Position numbers and translations under genes: made by a program
Assembly: GCA_946187345.1 (NCBI GenBank)
Contig: CAMHQD010000007.1
Location: 9,514 to 73,513 of the forward strand
Length of the DNA stretch: 64,000 bases
Source of the DNA: an uncultured Porphyromonadaceae bacterium
GTDB taxonomy: Bacteria > Bacteroidota > Bacteroidia > Bacteroidales > Muribaculaceae
Reading direction: 5' to 3'
The notes under the pieces: model-generated
Seen by the model: the letters and a program-made list of their open reading frames with translations, nothing else
What the model was told of the DNA's origin: nothing
Database searches by the model: none
Shown: positions 62,228 through 64,000 of the stretch, piece by piece
Numbering within the stretch: position 1 is the first letter of the stretch
Layout: each line of letters begins with the position of its first letter

Positions 62228-63226
62228 TTATCGCATCTCACTATTGATGAGATTAACTACCACTTTGACCATTACGTCTTTCTCCTCGGTACGGCTCTCG
62301 GCTATCATTAGGGTGAGTGCGACAAGAGTGTTGTCGGCAATGCGTTTTGTGCCATCAGTACGATAGAGGATGCCATTGTTGTTGAGAAACCATAAGAATA
62401 AGGTGGCTGCAATTCGCTTGTTCCCATCGCTGAACGAATGGTTTTTAGTGACAAGATAAAGAAGCATTGCGGCTTTTTCTTCAACGCTTGGATATAGCTC
62501 CTCTCCATCAAAGGTTTGGTAGATTTGTCCGATGCTGCTTTTGAAAGAATCATCTTTTTCATTACCAAACAAAGGGTTCCGGCCAAATTTTTCCCGTAAT
62601 GCCTCTATCGCTTGCATAGCATTTTCGTAGGTGGCGTGAAATTTATCCTCAAGTGTTGTTCCTTCGATTTTCAGACGCTGATAATCATAGTCGTCAAGCG
62701 TGTCAAGAGCTTGAGCATAGTCAGTAACTACATTGAAAAGAGCTTGGCCATCGTCGGTTGACAGTAGTGGCTGACTGAGTATTGTTCGTCCTAAAACGCC
62801 CACAAGTTGGCGCAATTCTCCAACTTGCTCATGGCGAATTCGGTCATTTACGGCATACCCTTTAATCAGGTAGTCTTTTAGTATGCTTCTTGCCCAAATG
62901 CGGAATGCGGTACCACGTTTGCTTTTTACACGATAACCAACAGAGATTATAACATCTAAATTGTACAGGACAATTTCTTGGCGTTGACTTTTGCTTTCAA
63001 TCGCGCCGTGGCGTGTGGTGTGTGCAAATTTTGCACACACCACGTCGCGTTCAAGTTCTCCTTCTTTAAATATATTGTTGATGTGACGGCCTATGACAGT
63101 TCTGTCTTTCATAAACAATTCCGCCATCTGTGCTTGTGACAGCCAAACGGTTTCGTTATCCAGCCGAACATCTATTTGCGTCCGGCCGTCATCTGTCTGA
63201 TATATGACAATGCTGTTTTCAGCCAT
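62228..63226 (-). CDS. RhuM-family N-terminal domain fused to a Fic/Doc-type domain
   Basis: The N-terminus VIYQTDDGRTQIDVRLDNETVWLSQAQMAELF...VISVGYRVKSKRGTAFRIWA is RhuM-like. The C-terminus has HSFSDGNKRIAA, matching the Doc-type Fic motif HxFx(D/N)(A/G)NKR. Confidence 0.75.
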   Translation of the reverse strand: MAENSIVIYQTDDGRTQIDVRLDNETVWLSQAQMAELFMKDRTVIGRHINNIFKEGELERDVVCAKFAHTTRHGAIESKSQRQEIVLYNLDVIISVGYRVKSKRGTAFRIWARSILKDYLIKGYAVNDRIRHEQVGELRQLVGVLGRTILSQPLLSTDDGQALFNVVTDYAQALDTLDDYDYQRLKIEGTTLEDKFHATYENAMQAIEALREKFGRNPLFGNEKDDSFKSSIGQIYQTFDGEELYPSVEEKAAMLLYLVTKNHSFSDGNKRIAATLFLWFLNNNGILYRTDGTKRIADNTLVALTLMIAESRTEEKDVMVKVVVNLINSEMR

Positions 63227-63271
63227 TAACCATGGTTATTCTTTGGCTTTATAGTCTGACAGGTTAAAATA

Positions 63272-64000
63272 CTACTTGGCGGTGGCGGCTCGCCGGCCGT
63301 CGCCCATGGCGAGGATGACGGTTGCGCCGCCGCGCACGATGTCACCGCCGGCCACGAGGCCGTCGATGTTGCTTTGCATAGTGTCCTCGTCGACGACGAT
63401 TGTGCCGCGTCGGCTCATTTCCAACCCGGGCACCGACTGCGGCACTATGGGGTTGGGGCTGACGCCCACGGCGACAATCACGAGGTCGACGGGCACCTCG
63501 TCGATGGCGCCCTCGACGGGCACCGGCGAGCGGCGACCGCTGGCGTCGGGCTCTCCCAACTCCATCCGCTGGACACGCATTGCCTTGACGCGGCCGGTCT
63601 CGTCGCCGAGGTATTCCACGGGGTTGTGGAGCGTCATCAGTTCCACGCCCTCCTCGATGGCGTGCTCGATTTCCTCGCGTCGCGCCGGCATCTCGTCGCG
63701 GCCGCGGCGATAGACGAGCATCACCCGCTCGGCGCCTTGTCGCAGTGCCGTGCGGCTACTGTCCATAGCGGTGTTGCCGCCGCCGATGACGGCCACCGTG
63801 TGGCCGGTAAGCACCGGCGTGTCGCCGCCGCGGCCGGCCTCCATCAGGTTGATGCGAGTGAGGTATTCGTTGCTCGACATGACGCCCTTGAGGTTCTCGC
63901 CGGGGATGTTCATGAAGCGTGGGAAACCGGCTCCCGAGCCGATGAAGATTTGCTCGTAGCCTTCGGCTTTCAGTTCGTCGACGGTGATTGTCTTGCCCAC
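63272..64000 (-). CDS. NADPH-dependent glutamate synthase small-subunit-like FAD/NAD oxidoreductase, C-terminal part; 5' end outside window
   Basis: FIGSGAG, VAVIGGGNTAMDSSRTA and VAGGDIVRGGATVILAMGDGRRAA are GltD/homotetrameric GltA-type pyridine-nucleotide disulfide oxidoreductase motifs. The frame is open to the window edge. Confidence 0.7.
   Translation of the reverse strand: MGKTITVDELKAEGYEQIFIGSGAGFPRFMNIPGENLKGVMSSNEYLTRINLMEAGRGGDTPVLTGHTVAVIGGGNTAMDSSRTALRQGAERVMLVYRRGRDEMPARREEIEHAIEEGVELMTLHNPVEYLGDETGRVKAMRVQRMELGEPDASGRRSPVPVEGAIDEVPVDLVIVAVGVSPNPIVPQSVPGLEMSRRGTIVVDEDTMQSNIDGLVAGGDIVRGGATVILAMGDGRRAATAK

Overview
GC-rich chromosomal segment that reads as a Bacteroidales (Bacteroidota) genome. 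Support: a SusC/SusD pair, T9SS-type C-terminal sorting tails, TAnnTTTG -7 promoter boxes, A-rich leaders instead of Shine-Dalgarno sites, and pyrG-yidC synteny. I call about 45 protein genes (two cut by the window edges), one tRNA-Cys and two cobalamin riboswitches. Housekeeping genes include xth, rng, HU, lpxH, fabG, rplS, prfB, an acyl-CoA ligase, yidC, pyrG and maf. The most interesting region is 6.9-20.5 kb on the minus strand. One B12 riboswitch drives an operon of a BtuH-like protein, a dockerin-tailed protein, BtuB and a BtuG-like propeller. A second, paralogous riboswitch directly upstream drives a 2146-aa T9SS-tailed multidomain protein whose C-terminal part is a close paralog of the BtuH-like protein. 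Other content: a SusC/SusD/zinc-metallohydrolase/DUF4302-like locus followed by a dockerin-tailed protein, an orphan Wzc-like tyrosine kinase, a secreted endonuclease I, a RhuM-Doc fusion, and a GTPase plus DUF697 pair. The window is also unusually dense in several families of short intergenic palindromic repeats and heptanucleotide tandem arrays. These sit at gene boundaries and in places encode signal peptides or protein termini. No transposase, integrase, CRISPR array or rRNA was seen. Limits: all homology calls come from motif recognition by eye, with no searches run. CDS coordinates follow the ORF track, adjusted to a better start where stated. Hand-derived coordinates for RNAs, repeats and promoters may be off by 1-2 nt.
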